Virus record (IMG/VR): IMGVR_UViG_3300025121_000023
Span: 32,001-96,000 of that record
From: a virus
Length of the DNA stretch: 64,000 bases
Direction: 5' to 3' (one strand)
The notes below the pieces were generated by a model. The model made no database searches, was not told the origin of the DNA, and saw only the letters and a list, made by a program, of their open reading frames with translations. This document shows, one piece after another, positions 1 through 9,560 of the stretch (positions are counted from its first letter, which is position 1; every line of letters starts with the position of its first letter). The position numbers and the translations under genes were made by a program.

Positions 1-381
1 CATAGTGTCAAATATTGAGTATCCAGCTACAATCGAACCTCCTCCTGAGTTAATATACAAGTCAATTGGTTTTTCGCTATCTTGAGATGCTAGGAACAAT
101 AATTGAGCAGTAACGATATTACTAACAGTATCATCTATTCCTGTTCCAAGGAAAATTATACGGTCTATCATCAATCTACTGAACACATCCAACTGTGTTA
201 TGTTCATTGGTCTTTCCTCGATAATTGAAGGGTTAATATGACCAGAAACTCTAGCTCTATTCTGTATATCTAGGTGGTCATATGCTTTATTTTGGAAATC
301 TATATAATCACCCATAGCTATTCCACTAATACCTTTATCTTTACGAAAAAGGTTAAAGTCGTGTTCGAAATTTTCTCTCAT
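1..381 (-). CDS. clpP: ATP-dependent Clp protease proteolytic subunit (5' part; runs off the window)
   Basis: Manual translation from ATG at 381: ...IIEERPMNITQLDVFSRLMIDRIIFLGTGIDD...AQLLFL...LYINSGGGS..AG.SIFDTM. Absent from the ORF track because it has no stop in the window. Confidence 0.93.
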   Translation of the reverse strand, partial: MRENFEHDFNLFRKDKGISGIAMGDYIDFQNKAYDHLDIQNRARVSGHINPSIIEERPMNITQLDVFSRLMIDRIIFLGTGIDDTVSNIVTAQLLFLASQDSEKPIDLYINSGGGSIVAGYSIFDTM

Positions 382-479
382 AATTAGTTTAATTTAAGTT
401 AATACTGTTATTTGTCTATTTTAATAATTAACATCTAAGATAGTAATTTTTTTTTAATTTACAAAAAAAATCACTTTAT

Positions 480-1565
480 TTAACATTTAAAATTATTTTG
501 TTTAGATAATTTTTCTAATAATTCTTTTTCTTTATCTGTTATTTCATTAGGAACACCAACACTTATATAGATTAATTCATCACCTAATGTTCCTCCTTGA
601 TCTGATAAACCTTTTTTCTTTAATCTTAATACTTCACCATTTTTAGTATGAGGTTTAATATTTATTATAGCCTCATTATCTAATGTTGGAATATTAATTT
701 TTCCACCTAAGATAATTTTAGTTATTGGTAATTCTAATTTATAAATTATATTATTACCACTTCTTTCAAAATGTTTATGTTTAATTACATTTACAAATAC
801 TATTAAATCACCGTTAATACCGTTATTTCCTGGTCGTTCAGGTGCATGTCCTTTATTATGAACTTGAAATTTACTTCCATCTTCAACACCTTTTGGTATT
901 TTAATAACTAATTCTGTTTCAGAATTTTCAACTCCATTTCCATTGCATTTTTTACAAGAATTTATTATAATTATTCCTAATCCTTTACATTGATCACAAG
1001 TAGTTGTAGTTGACATAGTTCCTATTGGTGTATGTCTAGTTACCTGTATAATACCGTTTCCATTACATTTAGAACATTGTTTAGTATCACCACCAAATCC
1101 ATCACAACTTGAACAACCGATATTTCTATTATATTTAACAGTTTTTTCTAAACCATCTCTGACATTTATTAAAGTCAAATCTATTTTAATTTGAATATTT
1201 TGTCCTTTAAATTTTCTTTGACCACTTCTATTATTTCCACCAAACCCACCAAATGTATTAAATATATCATTTATATTAAATCCACCACCAAATGGTTGAC
1301 TACCAAATCCACTAAACCCACCGAATCCACCACTACCAAAAGGATTTCCTTCTGCTGTTCCGTATTGATCAAAATTACTTCGTTTATTATCATCTGATAA
1401 TATTTCATATGCTTCTGATACTTCTTTGAATTTTTCTTCTGCTTCTGGATTATTTGGATTTTTATCAGGATGATATTGAACAGCTTTTTTTCTATAAGCT
1501 TTTTTTATTTCATCTTTAGTTGCAGTTTTATCTATATCTAGTATATTGTAATAATCTTTTGCCAT
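480..1565 (-). CDS. dnaJ: DnaJ chaperone
   Basis: J domain with HPD, G/F-rich linker, four CxxCxGxG repeats, C-terminal domain. Confidence 0.96.
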   Translation of the reverse strand: MAKDYYNILDIDKTATKDEIKKAYRKKAVQYHPDKNPNNPEAEEKFKEVSEAYEILSDDNKRSNFDQYGTAEGNPFGSGGFGGFSGFGSQPFGGGFNINDIFNTFGGFGGNNRSGQRKFKGQNIQIKIDLTLINVRDGLEKTVKYNRNIGCSSCDGFGGDTKQCSKCNGNGIIQVTRHTPIGTMSTTTTCDQCKGLGIIIINSCKKCNGNGVENSETELVIKIPKGVEDGSKFQVHNKGHAPERPGNNGINGDLIVFVNVIKHKHFERSGNNIIYKLELPITKIILGGKINIPTLDNEAIINIKPHTKNGEVLRLKKKGLSDQGGTLGDELIYISVGVPNEITDKEKELLEKLSKQNNFKC

Positions 1566-1589
1566 TGTTTATATTGTTTTAAAAAAATT

Positions 1590-1697
1590 GGTAGATAAAA
1601 AATAATCCCGATAATATTCTCCATTAAGAAGTTTGACCGTTGCAATTGCGGTATTTATCATGTTATACTTCTAAACAACTTTTCTTTTTTATCTACC
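1590..1697 (-). ncRNA. Structured 5' leader or small RNA upstream of dnaJ
   Basis: 13-bp IR GGTAGATAAAAAA (1590-1602)/TTTTTTATCTACC (1685-1697) enclosing nested stems AGAAGT/ACTTCT and ACCG/CGGT; TAnnTTTG element at 1713-1720. Confidence 0.45.
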
Positions 1698-1777
1698 TTA
1701 CTTTTGGTATGTCAAATATAATACCAATTTACATTATATGCTATTTTGTCAGTTTTGTTTATAATTTTTAATATATA

Positions 1778-2068
1778 TTAATTGTATTTAAGTATTTCTT
1801 TTATATCTTCAGGATATTTATTTTCAGCAATAATATATTTATTAAATGCATTTAAACTAGTTACACCTAACATTTCATCATTATCACTATAAACAGTAAT
1901 TTCAAAACAAGTTATAATATATTTTACACCTTTATAACTAAGATCATATTGTAATTTTGTACAATCATCATATAAATTTTCAAAGGTAGTTATTTTACCT
2001 TTTCTCATAGTTATTATACTATTAGGTATATTTTTTGTTTCACCGACTATTTTTAATAAATAATACAT
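1778..2068 (-). CDS. hypothetical protein
   Basis: 96-aa ORF co-oriented with neighbours. Confidence 0.6.
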   Translation of the reverse strand: MYYLLKIVGETKNIPNSIITMRKGKITTFENLYDDCTKLQYDLSYKGVKYIITCFEITVYSDNDEMLGVTSLNAFNKYIIAENKYPEDIKEILKYN

Positions 2069-2080
2069 TTCATATTTTTT

Positions 2081-2096
2081 TGTTCCACGTGGAACA
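2081..2096. promoter_or_regulatory. parS site (ParB binding palindrome)
   Basis: Perfect palindrome TGTTCCACGTGGAACA, intergenic, matching the bacterial parS consensus. Confidence 0.8.
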
Positions 2097-2097
2097 A

Positions 2098-2409
2098 TTA
2101 ACTAAAAATTTCAAGTTTTTCATCTACCCAAGAACGTCTCCATCTTAACCAAGGATTTTCGAATGATAAATTATCATTAAATTTAACTATACGTTTAAAT
2201 TGAAGCCTAGATGTTACTACATATTTATTTAACCAACAAAAATGTTTCATAATAACAACAGGTATAATAGGAAATATTGTTCTTCTATATATACGACTAG
2301 TTATTTTAATTTCATAATGTCGATGTGGATGAATATTAATATCATTTGAATCTATTGTTTCTATAATAGTAAATTCTTCTCCACCTATTCTAAATTTTTC
2401 TTTTGCCAT
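2098..2409 (-). CDS. hypothetical protein, paralog of 2450..2749
   Basis: Shared EKF, IIE, EI/VK.T, P(I)xP and Trp-rich C-terminus. Confidence 0.65.
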   Translation of the reverse strand: MAKEKFRIGGEEFTIIETIDSNDINIHPHRHYEIKITSRIYRRTIFPIIPVVIMKHFCWLNKYVVTSRLQFKRIVKFNDNLSFENPWLRWRRSWVDEKLEIFS

Positions 2410-2449
2410 ATTAGTAATTTATAAATAATTGATATGATCTATCCATATC

Positions 2450-2749
2450 TTAAATCATATCAATTATTTCTTCTGATAACCATTCATATTTCCACTTACC
2501 CCAATATTTACGATATGTCCACTCATCATTGAAATATTGTTTACGTAATATATAAAGTCTATAAACAATTATGCATTTTTTAAACCAACGAAATTTTCCA
2601 CCTATATGTATTGGAAAAATAGGATATACTTCTTTTTTGATAATTTTATTAGTTTTTTTAACTTCAAATTCATTATCTCCTTCTATATCATTAGAAACAA
2701 AAGATTCAATTATATCAAATATATATCCATTAAATTTAAATTTTTCCAT
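2450..2749 (-). CDS. hypothetical protein, paralog of 2098..2409
   Basis: Same shared motifs as 2098..2409. Confidence 0.65.
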   Translation of the reverse strand: MEKFKFNGYIFDIIESFVSNDIEGDNEFEVKKTNKIIKKEVYPIFPIHIGGKFRWFKKCIIVYRLYILRKQYFNDEWTYRKYWGKWKYEWLSEEIIDMI

Positions 2750-2770
2750 CAGTATATTTTTAAATTTGTT

Positions 2771-3373
2771 TTACATTCCACCAAACATTATTGCATAAGC
2801 AATTCCAAATTGTCCAACAAATAATAACATATATAGAAATTTAACAAAAGCATCACCATCATAATCAACAGGTTTAATTATTTCATATTCTATATTTGTA
2901 TCCCATAATCTTCGTATTAGTGGTACTTTTGTTTTAGCTATTTTTTTAATACCAAATTGGTTTTTATAAAAAATTGGAAGAGATATTGAACATATTATTA
3001 TGAGTAAAATACCTATTATAATTCTAACAGCATCCTTACCCATTACTTTCCAGGCTATTAAATACATTGTGAATTTTCCTACATTTGTACCACTGAATTC
3101 AACAGCAACATCTTTAACTGCAAATAATCCTTCTCTGATTACTGAACCAATTTCACTACCAACACCTACCCATTTACCATAATGTGATATTTTATCTTCC
3201 AACATTTTCAATTCTTTTTCAGCTTTAATTTTAGCTAATTGATCAGGTGTTAAATCACTTTCATTTACAGTAATTGTTTTTTCGGGAACCACTGTTGTTT
3301 GTGCATTTGCACTTGGACAACAAGATAATGCAATCATTAAAATTGCAAATAAAATAAATCCTAATTTTTTCAT
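2771..3373 (-). CDS. membrane protein with signal peptide
   Basis: N-terminal signal ending ANA-Q, two hydrophobic segments. Confidence 0.65.
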   Translation of the reverse strand: MKKLGFILFAILMIALSCCPSANAQTTVVPEKTITVNESDLTPDQLAKIKAEKELKMLEDKISHYGKWVGVGSEIGSVIREGLFAVKDVAVEFSGTNVGKFTMYLIAWKVMGKDAVRIIIGILLIIICSISLPIFYKNQFGIKKIAKTKVPLIRRLWDTNIEYEIIKPVDYDGDAFVKFLYMLLFVGQFGIAYAIMFGGM

Positions 3374-3418
3374 TTTGTGTTTAATTTAAGTTAATATAAG
3401 TATTTAAAAATTATTATA

Positions 3419-3426
3419 CAAAGATA
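3419..3426 (-). promoter_or_regulatory. Bacteroidota-type -7 promoter element (TATCTTTG); equivalents at 1713, 10669, 14572, 20437, 22491, 23217, 28404, 37891
   Basis: TAnnTTTG recurs in intergenic gaps just upstream of minus-strand genes. Confidence 0.7.
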
Positions 3427-3460
3427 TAATAAAATATTTTATAAACCAAATTAAAAAATA

Positions 3461-4675
3461 TCAAATTTGATATATTGGACAAGCAATCCCACAAGTTTTA
3501 TTATTAATAGTTATATTAGCAAAATCCCTTGTTTTTTTAGCTAACCAAACATCTTTCATAAAATTATCAATTTCTAAAACATTTATTCCTTCAGACCAAT
3601 CTCCTGGTGCATTTTTTACATTTTCTGAAAAGCTACATGGATAAAAAAAACCTAATGAGTTGATATATAATGAGTTTAATGTACTTTCACAACTCTCTGT
3701 ATATTTTTCTATATTTTTTGCATTTGGTCTTGATTGTATCACTTTTACGAATTTTGGTTGAGTGCAAGAGTCAAATCCAATAGGAATATTATTATTTAAT
3801 GCATAATCTACAATATTTTTAAATTTTTCATTACTTAATATCGAATATGCATTATCAACTGATCGACCTTTTTTCTTAAGACTTAAAAATACCAGGGCGT
3901 TAAGTGATTTTAATCTTGAATCAGTTTTTATATCTTTCATTAATTTAAATGCATTATCATATGTTTCTGTTGATAACATATAATGAATATTGCATTGTTT
4001 CATTCCTCTATTTGTCAATTCTTTTATAGCATTGTATGTTAAATTTTTATTATAAAAACTAACAGCGACTGCACCCATTGTAGATGCTAATTTATCAAAT
4101 AATTCAGGTGCCATACGATCACCATTTATTGTTACATTAGGAATTACACCATTATTTCTACAATAATTAAATATTTCCCACATATCAGGGTTTGCATCTA
4201 TATCCGTAATTCCAAAAGCAATCTGAGTTATAGTTGGAATTAATTTATTAAATAATTTTTTAAATGTATCTAATGACATATTACCTTCACCATTTATTTG
4301 AGGATGGTTAGATTTATAACAAAAAGAACAAGGTCCTATTCCTTTTACCCCATGACAAGATGTACTCAACTCTATATCAGCAATTTCTGGTAAAAATTGA
4401 TACATATTTCCATCGGTTTCTAAGTCCATTAAAAATTCTTTTAAATCGATCTTACCAAAAAAATCAGTCCAAATTTTATAAATCATTAAACTTGCACCAC
4501 TTACTATTTTTGGTTTTTCTGTACCTTTTCTATTTCCCCATCTAACAAAAAATCCGTCTTTCTTATTAAAAAAAAAATTATAATCATCTGATTTAAATAG
4601 TTTATATTTATCAGTATCTATAACTATACCGACAGAACCATCTATCATAGTTATTTCGTTTGTTATAATTTTCAT
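3461..4675 (-). CDS. radical SAM protein with C-terminal SPASM/twitch-like Cys cluster
   Basis: CHGVKGIGPCSFC (expanded CxxxCxxC), NVTING, SCES..YPCSF..C...CP. Confidence 0.85.
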   Translation of the reverse strand: MKIITNEITMIDGSVGIVIDTDKYKLFKSDDYNFFFNKKDGFFVRWGNRKGTEKPKIVSGASLMIYKIWTDFFGKIDLKEFLMDLETDGNMYQFLPEIADIELSTSCHGVKGIGPCSFCYKSNHPQINGEGNMSLDTFKKLFNKLIPTITQIAFGITDIDANPDMWEIFNYCRNNGVIPNVTINGDRMAPELFDKLASTMGAVAVSFYNKNLTYNAIKELTNRGMKQCNIHYMLSTETYDNAFKLMKDIKTDSRLKSLNALVFLSLKKKGRSVDNAYSILSNEKFKNIVDYALNNNIPIGFDSCTQPKFVKVIQSRPNAKNIEKYTESCESTLNSLYINSLGFFYPCSFSENVKNAPGDWSEGINVLEIDNFMKDVWLAKKTRDFANITINNKTCGIACPIYQI

Positions 4676-4676
4676 T

Positions 4677-4982
4677 TTAATATCCTAAATATGGTAAACT
4701 TAAAATTCGTTTAATATTATAACCATTAAAAGGCCATTCTTCATTACAATGTGTTTGTATGAAATAATTTTTTTCCTGATTTGGAAATGTGCCATTTTCA
4801 TATTTATGAATAAAAGATGTAATTTTATCTGCTATTTCCCAATCATACCCATCAACTCCTCTAGGATTAGCAAATGCTTCATTTATTGTAGTTATTATAA
4901 AATCATAATGACACATATCTAATAATACAAAATGAATTTCATCACCCGATTCGTGCCAAGTTACTAAAAAATATTCTTTCAT
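4677..4982 (-). CDS. hypothetical protein
   Basis: ORF in operon. Confidence 0.6.
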   Translation of the reverse strand: MKEYFLVTWHESGDEIHFVLLDMCHYDFIITTINEAFANPRGVDGYDWEIADKITSFIHKYENGTFPNQEKNYFIQTHCNEEWPFNGYNIKRILSLPYLGY

Positions 4983-5004
4983 AATTTTTTTTTTACAAAT
5001 TTAA

Positions 5005-5199
5005 TTAAATATATTCTATTTTTTCAATAATAGTAAAATTTGCAGGATATAAACTTATGGTTTCTCCATCTTCATCTAAAAATATAATTGATGAATTTTC
5101 AATAATATAATTATATGCTTCTAACATATCAATGTAATATTGACGTTCATATTCATCACTATTACTAGGGTATAATATTTTTAAATGATATTTTTTCAT
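5005..5199 (-). CDS. hypothetical protein
   Basis: ORF in operon. Confidence 0.55.
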   Translation of the reverse strand: MKKYHLKILYPSNSDEYERQYYIDMLEAYNYIIENSSIIFLDEDGETISLYPANFTIIEKIEYI

Positions 5200-5210
5200 A
5201 TATATAAATT

Positions 5211-6155
5211 TTACATTGCACCAAAAATATCTCTACTAATAGATTGCCCACTTGCAATTCTTTTAATTGCTTGTGCAAGTAATTCATCAGTAGATAATAC
5301 TATTATTTTTTTACTTAGTTCTGATTGAATAGGAATAGTATCAGTAACTATCAATTCATCTAATTTAGAATTATTAATATTATCATAAGCATTTCCTGAT
5401 AATATAGGATGTGTTATAAGAGCCCTAACTGATTTAGCACCACTATTCATAACTAAATCAGCAGCTTTACAAATTGTTCCAGCAGAATCAATGATATCAT
5501 CAATAAAGAAAACATCTTTGCCTTTTACATCACCGATAAGTTTCATTTTAGATACATCTCCATTAGTACCTCTTTCTTTATGAACAAGTACTAAATCAGT
5601 ATCAAATGCATTTGAATAACGACTTGCTCTTTTTGAACCTCCTACATCTGGTGATGCAAAAACCATATTATCAATAGAAAAATTTTCTCTAAGATAAGGA
5701 ATAAATATAAAACTTGAACTTAAATGATCTACTGGAATATCAAAAAATCCTTGAATTTGATCAACATGTAAATCAATTGTTATAACTCTATCAGCACCAG
5801 AAGCAGTTATTAAATTGGTCATTAATTTAGCTGATACCGGAACACGTGGTTCGTCTTTTCTATCTTGTCTAGCGTATCCAAAATAAGGAATAACGGCACA
5901 AATTTTTCTTGCAGATGCTCTTTTAGCAGCATCTAACATTAAAAATAATTCAATCAGATTATCACTACTTGGATTAGTAGATTGAATTATAAATATTTTT
6001 TTCTCTCTTACTGTTTCACCAAAACGAACTTTAATTTCACCATCACTAAATTTTTTAATACTGATATTATTTAATGTTTTTTTATCAGAATATTTTTCTA
6101 CTACTTTTTTAGCTAGTTTTTTAGATGCTGTTCCAGAAAAAATTTTTATACTCAT
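5211..6155 (-). CDS. prs: ribose-phosphate pyrophosphokinase
   Basis: FSDGE, PYFGYARQDRK, DLH, SPDVGG, DDIIDSAGT motifs. Confidence 0.96.
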   Translation of the reverse strand: MSIKIFSGTASKKLAKKVVEKYSDKKTLNNISIKKFSDGEIKVRFGETVREKKIFIIQSTNPSSDNLIELFLMLDAAKRASARKICAVIPYFGYARQDRKDEPRVPVSAKLMTNLITASGADRVITIDLHVDQIQGFFDIPVDHLSSSFIFIPYLRENFSIDNMVFASPDVGGSKRASRYSNAFDTDLVLVHKERGTNGDVSKMKLIGDVKGKDVFFIDDIIDSAGTICKAADLVMNSGAKSVRALITHPILSGNAYDNINNSKLDELIVTDTIPIQSELSKKIIVLSTDELLAQAIKRIASGQSISRDIFGAM

Positions 6156-6168
6156 AGTTTTTATTTAT

Positions 6169-6435
6169 TTATTTATATTTATTAATTCTTCTTGGTGTAT
6201 AATCAGGTGCTATTGGTTTATTTTCTGTTAACATATCCCAAGATATTCCCCAATTATCTAATCTTGGTAATAATTTATTTTTATCAACATAATAAGGATA
6301 TGGTGTACCAATGTATTTATTCATACGTATATTCCAACCAGCTTGTATTTTGTGAAACCCCAACCCCCAATCTTCACCAAATTCTTTTATAAATTCAGTT
6401 TCAGTTTTAAATCTATATGGATAATGTTCTGTCAT
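6169..6435 (-). CDS. array paralog
   Basis: MTEHYPYRFKTE...PDYTPRR. Confidence 0.75.
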   Translation of the reverse strand: MTEHYPYRFKTETEFIKEFGEDWGLGFHKIQAGWNIRMNKYIGTPYPYYVDKNKLLPRLDNWGISWDMLTENKPIAPDYTPRRINKYK

Positions 6436-6704
6436 TTCTTTCTTCTTGGTGTATAATCAGGTGTAATTGGTTTATTTTCTGTTAACATATCCCATGATAT
6501 TGACCAACCATCAAAACTTGGTAATCTTGTAAATGGTATTTCTAATCTATCGACATAATAATAAGGATATGGAATGCCAAATAAATAATTCATTTTTGGT
6601 ATTGCCCAATCAACAGTACCTCTTCTACCAATATTCCAATTTTCACCAAATTCTTCTATAAATTCAGCTTCAGTTTTAAATCTATATGGATAATGTTCTG
6701 TCAT
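6432..6704 (-). CDS. array paralog
   Basis: MTEHYPYRFKTE...PDYTPRRKK; ATGA overlap with next copy. Confidence 0.75.
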   Translation of the reverse strand: MTEHYPYRFKTEAEFIEEFGENWNIGRRGTVDWAIPKMNYLFGIPYPYYYVDRLEIPFTRLPSFDGWSISWDMLTENKPITPDYTPRRKK

Positions 6705-6803
6705 TTTATTATATTATCTAAGTTTTTAAAATAATTTTGTAAAGATACAAATTTATTATTATTATTACAAATATAACCTATATTATGTATAATTACGTGT
6801 TCT

Positions 6804-7229
6804 TTATATCCAGTTTTCACCAAATTCTTTTATAAATTCAGCTTTAGTTTTAAATCTATATTGATAATGTTCTTTTATTTTTTTTCTTCTTGGTGTATAA
6901 TCAGGTATATTTGGTAGAATAGTAATATCTAAAAAAAACATTTCAAAACCCATATCATCTCTTAACAATGACCACCAAGGTTCATTTATATTATGTTTAT
7001 ATTTTTCTATAATAGTTAAAGATTTATCTATATTTCTATATAGAAAAGTATTTGAATCTCGTTGCCAAGCAAACTTATAAACTTTAAAATAGTAAGTGCT
7101 TTTAACTAAACTTTCAGCATTTTTAAATAATCTAACTTTGTCTCCTACAAAATATTTAGGTAATTCCCAACCATTTATATCAACTAATTGTCTTATTTTT
7201 TCGTTATCTCTATCTCGTAAATTTAACAT
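6804..7229 (-). CDS. unrelated protein with PDYTPRRK tail fused to a truncated array copy; 5' end probably frameshifted
   Basis: ...PDYTPRRKKIKEHYQYRFKTKAEFIKEFGENWI*; frame is open upstream to about 7310. Confidence 0.55.
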   Translation of the reverse strand: MLNLRDRDNEKIRQLVDINGWELPKYFVGDKVRLFKNAESLVKSTYYFKVYKFAWQRDSNTFLYRNIDKSLTIIEKYKHNINEPWWSLLRDDMGFEMFFLDITILPNIPDYTPRRKKIKEHYQYRFKTKAEFIKEFGENWI

Positions 7230-7327
7230 TTTATTTTTGGGTTTATAATATAGTACTCTTTCTTTTACACCATATTTTAAAATATTTTCTATTATATCTA
7301 ATTCATTAATATATCATATTATCAAAT

Positions 7328-7621
7328 CTAATAACTATATTCTTGATAATATGATGTATTATGTTTATCATTTCTTTTTCTTCTTGGTGTATAATCAGGT
7401 GCTATTGGTTTATTTTCTGTTAACATATCCCAAGATATTGTCCAATAACTTAAACTCTGTAATAATTTATTTTCATCAACATAATAAGGATATGGAATGC
7501 CAAATAAATAATCCATATCGTTATTCCAACCAGATCTTATTTTTTGAAATCTCCAGCGTTCACCAAATTCTTTTATGAATTCAGCTTCAGTCTTAAATCT
7601 ATATGGATAATGTTCTGTCAT
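7328..7621 (-). CDS. array paralog with altered C-terminus
   Basis: One A fewer in the terminal A-tract extends the frame past the usual TGA. Confidence 0.72.
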   Translation of the reverse strand: MTEHYPYRFKTEAEFIKEFGERWRFQKIRSGWNNDMDYLFGIPYPYYVDENKLLQSLSYWTISWDMLTENKPIAPDYTPRRKRNDKHNTSYYQEYSY

Positions 7622-7872
7622 TTCTTTTTTCTTCTTGGTGTATAATCAGGTTTAATTTCTGTTAACATATTCCAAGATATTGACCAACCATCTAATCTTG
7701 ATAACATTTTATTATTTTTATTAACAAAATAAGGATATGGTGTACCAAAAAGATTATTCATTTTTGGTATTGCCCAATCAACACGACCACCTTTATTGAT
7801 ATTCCAATTTTTACCAAATTCTTTTATGAATTCAGCTTCAGTCTTAAATCTATATGGATAATGTTCTGTCAT
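7618..7872 (-). CDS. array paralog
   Basis: MTEHYPYRFKTE...PDYTPRRKKK. Confidence 0.75.
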   Translation of the reverse strand: MTEHYPYRFKTEAEFIKEFGKNWNINKGGRVDWAIPKMNNLFGTPYPYFVNKNNKMLSRLDGWSISWNMLTEIKPDYTPRRKKK

Positions 7873-8144
7873 TTCTTTTTTCTTCTTGGTGTATAATCAG
7901 GTTCAGTTGGTTTATTTTCTGTTAACATATCCCAAGATATTGACCAACCATTTAATTTTGGTAATAATTTATTTTTATCAACAAAATAAGGATATGAAAT
8001 GCCAAATAAATAATCCATACTTGATATCCAATCAACACGACCACCTTTATTGATATTCCAATTTTTACCAAATTCTTTTATGAATTCAGCTTCAGTTTTA
8101 AATCTATATGGATAAGGTTCTTTCATATTTAGTATAATGTCCAA
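7869..8144 (-). CDS. array paralog (likely start at MKEPYPY)
   Basis: MKEPYPYRFKTE...PDYTPRRKKK. Confidence 0.75.
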   Translation of the reverse strand: MDIILNMKEPYPYRFKTEAEFIKEFGKNWNINKGGRVDWISSMDYLFGISYPYFVDKNKLLPKLNGWSISWDMLTENKPTEPDYTPRRKKK

Positions 8145-8515
8145 TTATTTTTATAATACAATAATGTATTATCTTTGAAATTAATATTTTCATAATAAAA
8201 ATGACTAGAAAGTGAAAGTTCTTTTAATGTTTTACTAAATTTTAAAAGTGTTTTATATCTTTCTTTTTCATTTCTAAATACATATGAACATACATTGTTT
8301 CCTTCTGGTTTTTTAGGAAAAATAAATGCATTTGGTGTAAATACTGGCCAAAGACCTTTTTTAATACTAAAAAAATTTTTATAACTATAAAAAATAATAT
8401 CATTATAATAATCAATCAATTTATTATGTGCTTTTATGAATGTAATTTTAATAGCTAATTCACCAATTAATTCTACTTTAATAGATAATTTTATATTTGA
8501 AGATAAATCAGGCAT
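8129..8515 (-). CDS. hypothetical protein, family with 8517..8909 and 19666..20076
   Basis: Shared IKIxF.K and FRNExERYxxLxK. Confidence 0.65.
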   Translation of the reverse strand: MPDLSSNIKLSIKVELIGELAIKITFIKAHNKLIDYYNDIIFYSYKNFFSIKKGLWPVFTPNAFIFPKKPEGNNVCSYVFRNEKERYKTLLKFSKTLKELSLSSHFYYENINFKDNTLLYYKNNWTLY

Positions 8516-8516
8516 A

Positions 8517-8909
8517 TTAATATACTATCCAATTATTATTTAAATATTTAATTTTGTTATTATCATATACTTTATTAATCAATTTAAAATGATCAGAATA
8601 TGAAAATTCTAATAATGCTTTATTTAATCTTACAAGTGTTCTATATCTTTCATCTTCATTTCTAAATACATATGATGATACTCTATTACTATTATTATAA
8701 GATGGTATTGTAAGTCTAGTTGGAGTTATTAACGTTAAATATGAGCTTTTTGTAAAAGTAAATATTTGTTCTTTACTATAAAAAAATGAATCATCAACAC
8801 AACTCAATATATTAGGATGAACTTTGACAAATTTTAATTTTATACTTTTTTGACCGATAAGTTTTATTCTTAAAATCATTTTAATATTTTTATATTCACT
8901 ACCAATCAT
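8517..8909 (-). CDS. hypothetical protein, same family
   Basis: SYVFRNEDERYRTL, NNWxxY end. Confidence 0.65.
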   Translation of the reverse strand: MIGSEYKNIKMILRIKLIGQKSIKLKFVKVHPNILSCVDDSFFYSKEQIFTFTKSSYLTLITPTRLTIPSYNNSNRVSSYVFRNEDERYRTLVRLNKALLEFSYSDHFKLINKVYDNNKIKYLNNNWIVY

Positions 8910-8924
8910 ATCACTTATTTATAA

Positions 8925-9260
8925 TTATTTTAAATTATCAATTTTTTTAAAATCTTTTTCATCAACTTCACTTGACCAAACACTATGTAAATACCAAAAA
9001 GGTTTACATAAATGAATTATATTATCACATTTATCATCCATAAAAAATATTTCTTTTTTTACTAGACTTTCAACAACTTTTTCGGATTTATTTTTAGATA
9101 TTTGTATTTTATCAGCAATGTCAACAATACTTATATTACTTGTTCCAGGATCACCATATAATTCAGATATTAAGGCAAATAGAACTTCTTTTTCTATTTT
9201 AGATATTTCTAATGATTTTATATAAGGTTTACTTATATTTCCGTCGTATCCTATTGGCAT
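8925..9260 (-). CDS. winged-helix DNA-binding protein, paralog of 9264..9560
   Basis: EKxxLFxLIxxLY, IAxxLxxSxxxxxxVIxSLxKK, FWYLH. Confidence 0.6.
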   Translation of the reverse strand: MPIGYDGNISKPYIKSLEISKIEKEVLFALISELYGDPGTSNISIVDIADKIQISKNKSEKVVESLVKKEIFFMDDKCDNIIHLCKPFWYLHSVWSSEVDEKDFKKIDNLK

Positions 9261-9263
9261 AAT

Positions 9264-9560
9264 TTATAAATTTGTAATTATTATTTTATCTTCTTCTATC
9301 ATTTCATTTTTCCATTCTGGATGCAAATACCAAAAAGAATTATTTAAATATATGCAATCTTGATATTCATTTTCACCCACTACTATTACTTCTTTTTTAC
9401 ATAACGAACCAATTACACCTTTAACTTGATTATTAGACATATCTAATTCATTAGCTATTTCTTTAACACCTACATCACTAAATCCAGGTTCAGCATATAA
9501 ATTATTAATTAAAGAAAATAATATCTTTTTTTCTAAATCAGTTAATGTTATGTTTTTCAT
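9264..9560 (-). CDS. winged-helix DNA-binding protein
   Basis: VKEIANELDMSNNQVKGVIGSLCKK HTH. Confidence 0.65.
   Translation of the reverse strand: MKNITLTDLEKKILFSLINNLYAEPGFSDVGVKEIANELDMSNNQVKGVIGSLCKKEVIVVGENEYQDCIYLNNSFWYLHPEWKNEMIEEDKIIITNL

Larger units (their letters stand above)
6169..8144 (-). repeat. tandem array of MTEHYPYRFKTE...ISWDMLTENKP..PDYTPRR paralogs (five full copies plus a truncated one)
   Basis: Near-identical 5' and 3' nucleotide blocks with variable middles. Confidence 0.9.

Noticed and set aside
6169-8144. DGR target/template pair or CRISPR array
   Set aside because: Units are whole ORFs, differences are not adenine-specific, and no reverse transcriptase or cas gene is in the window
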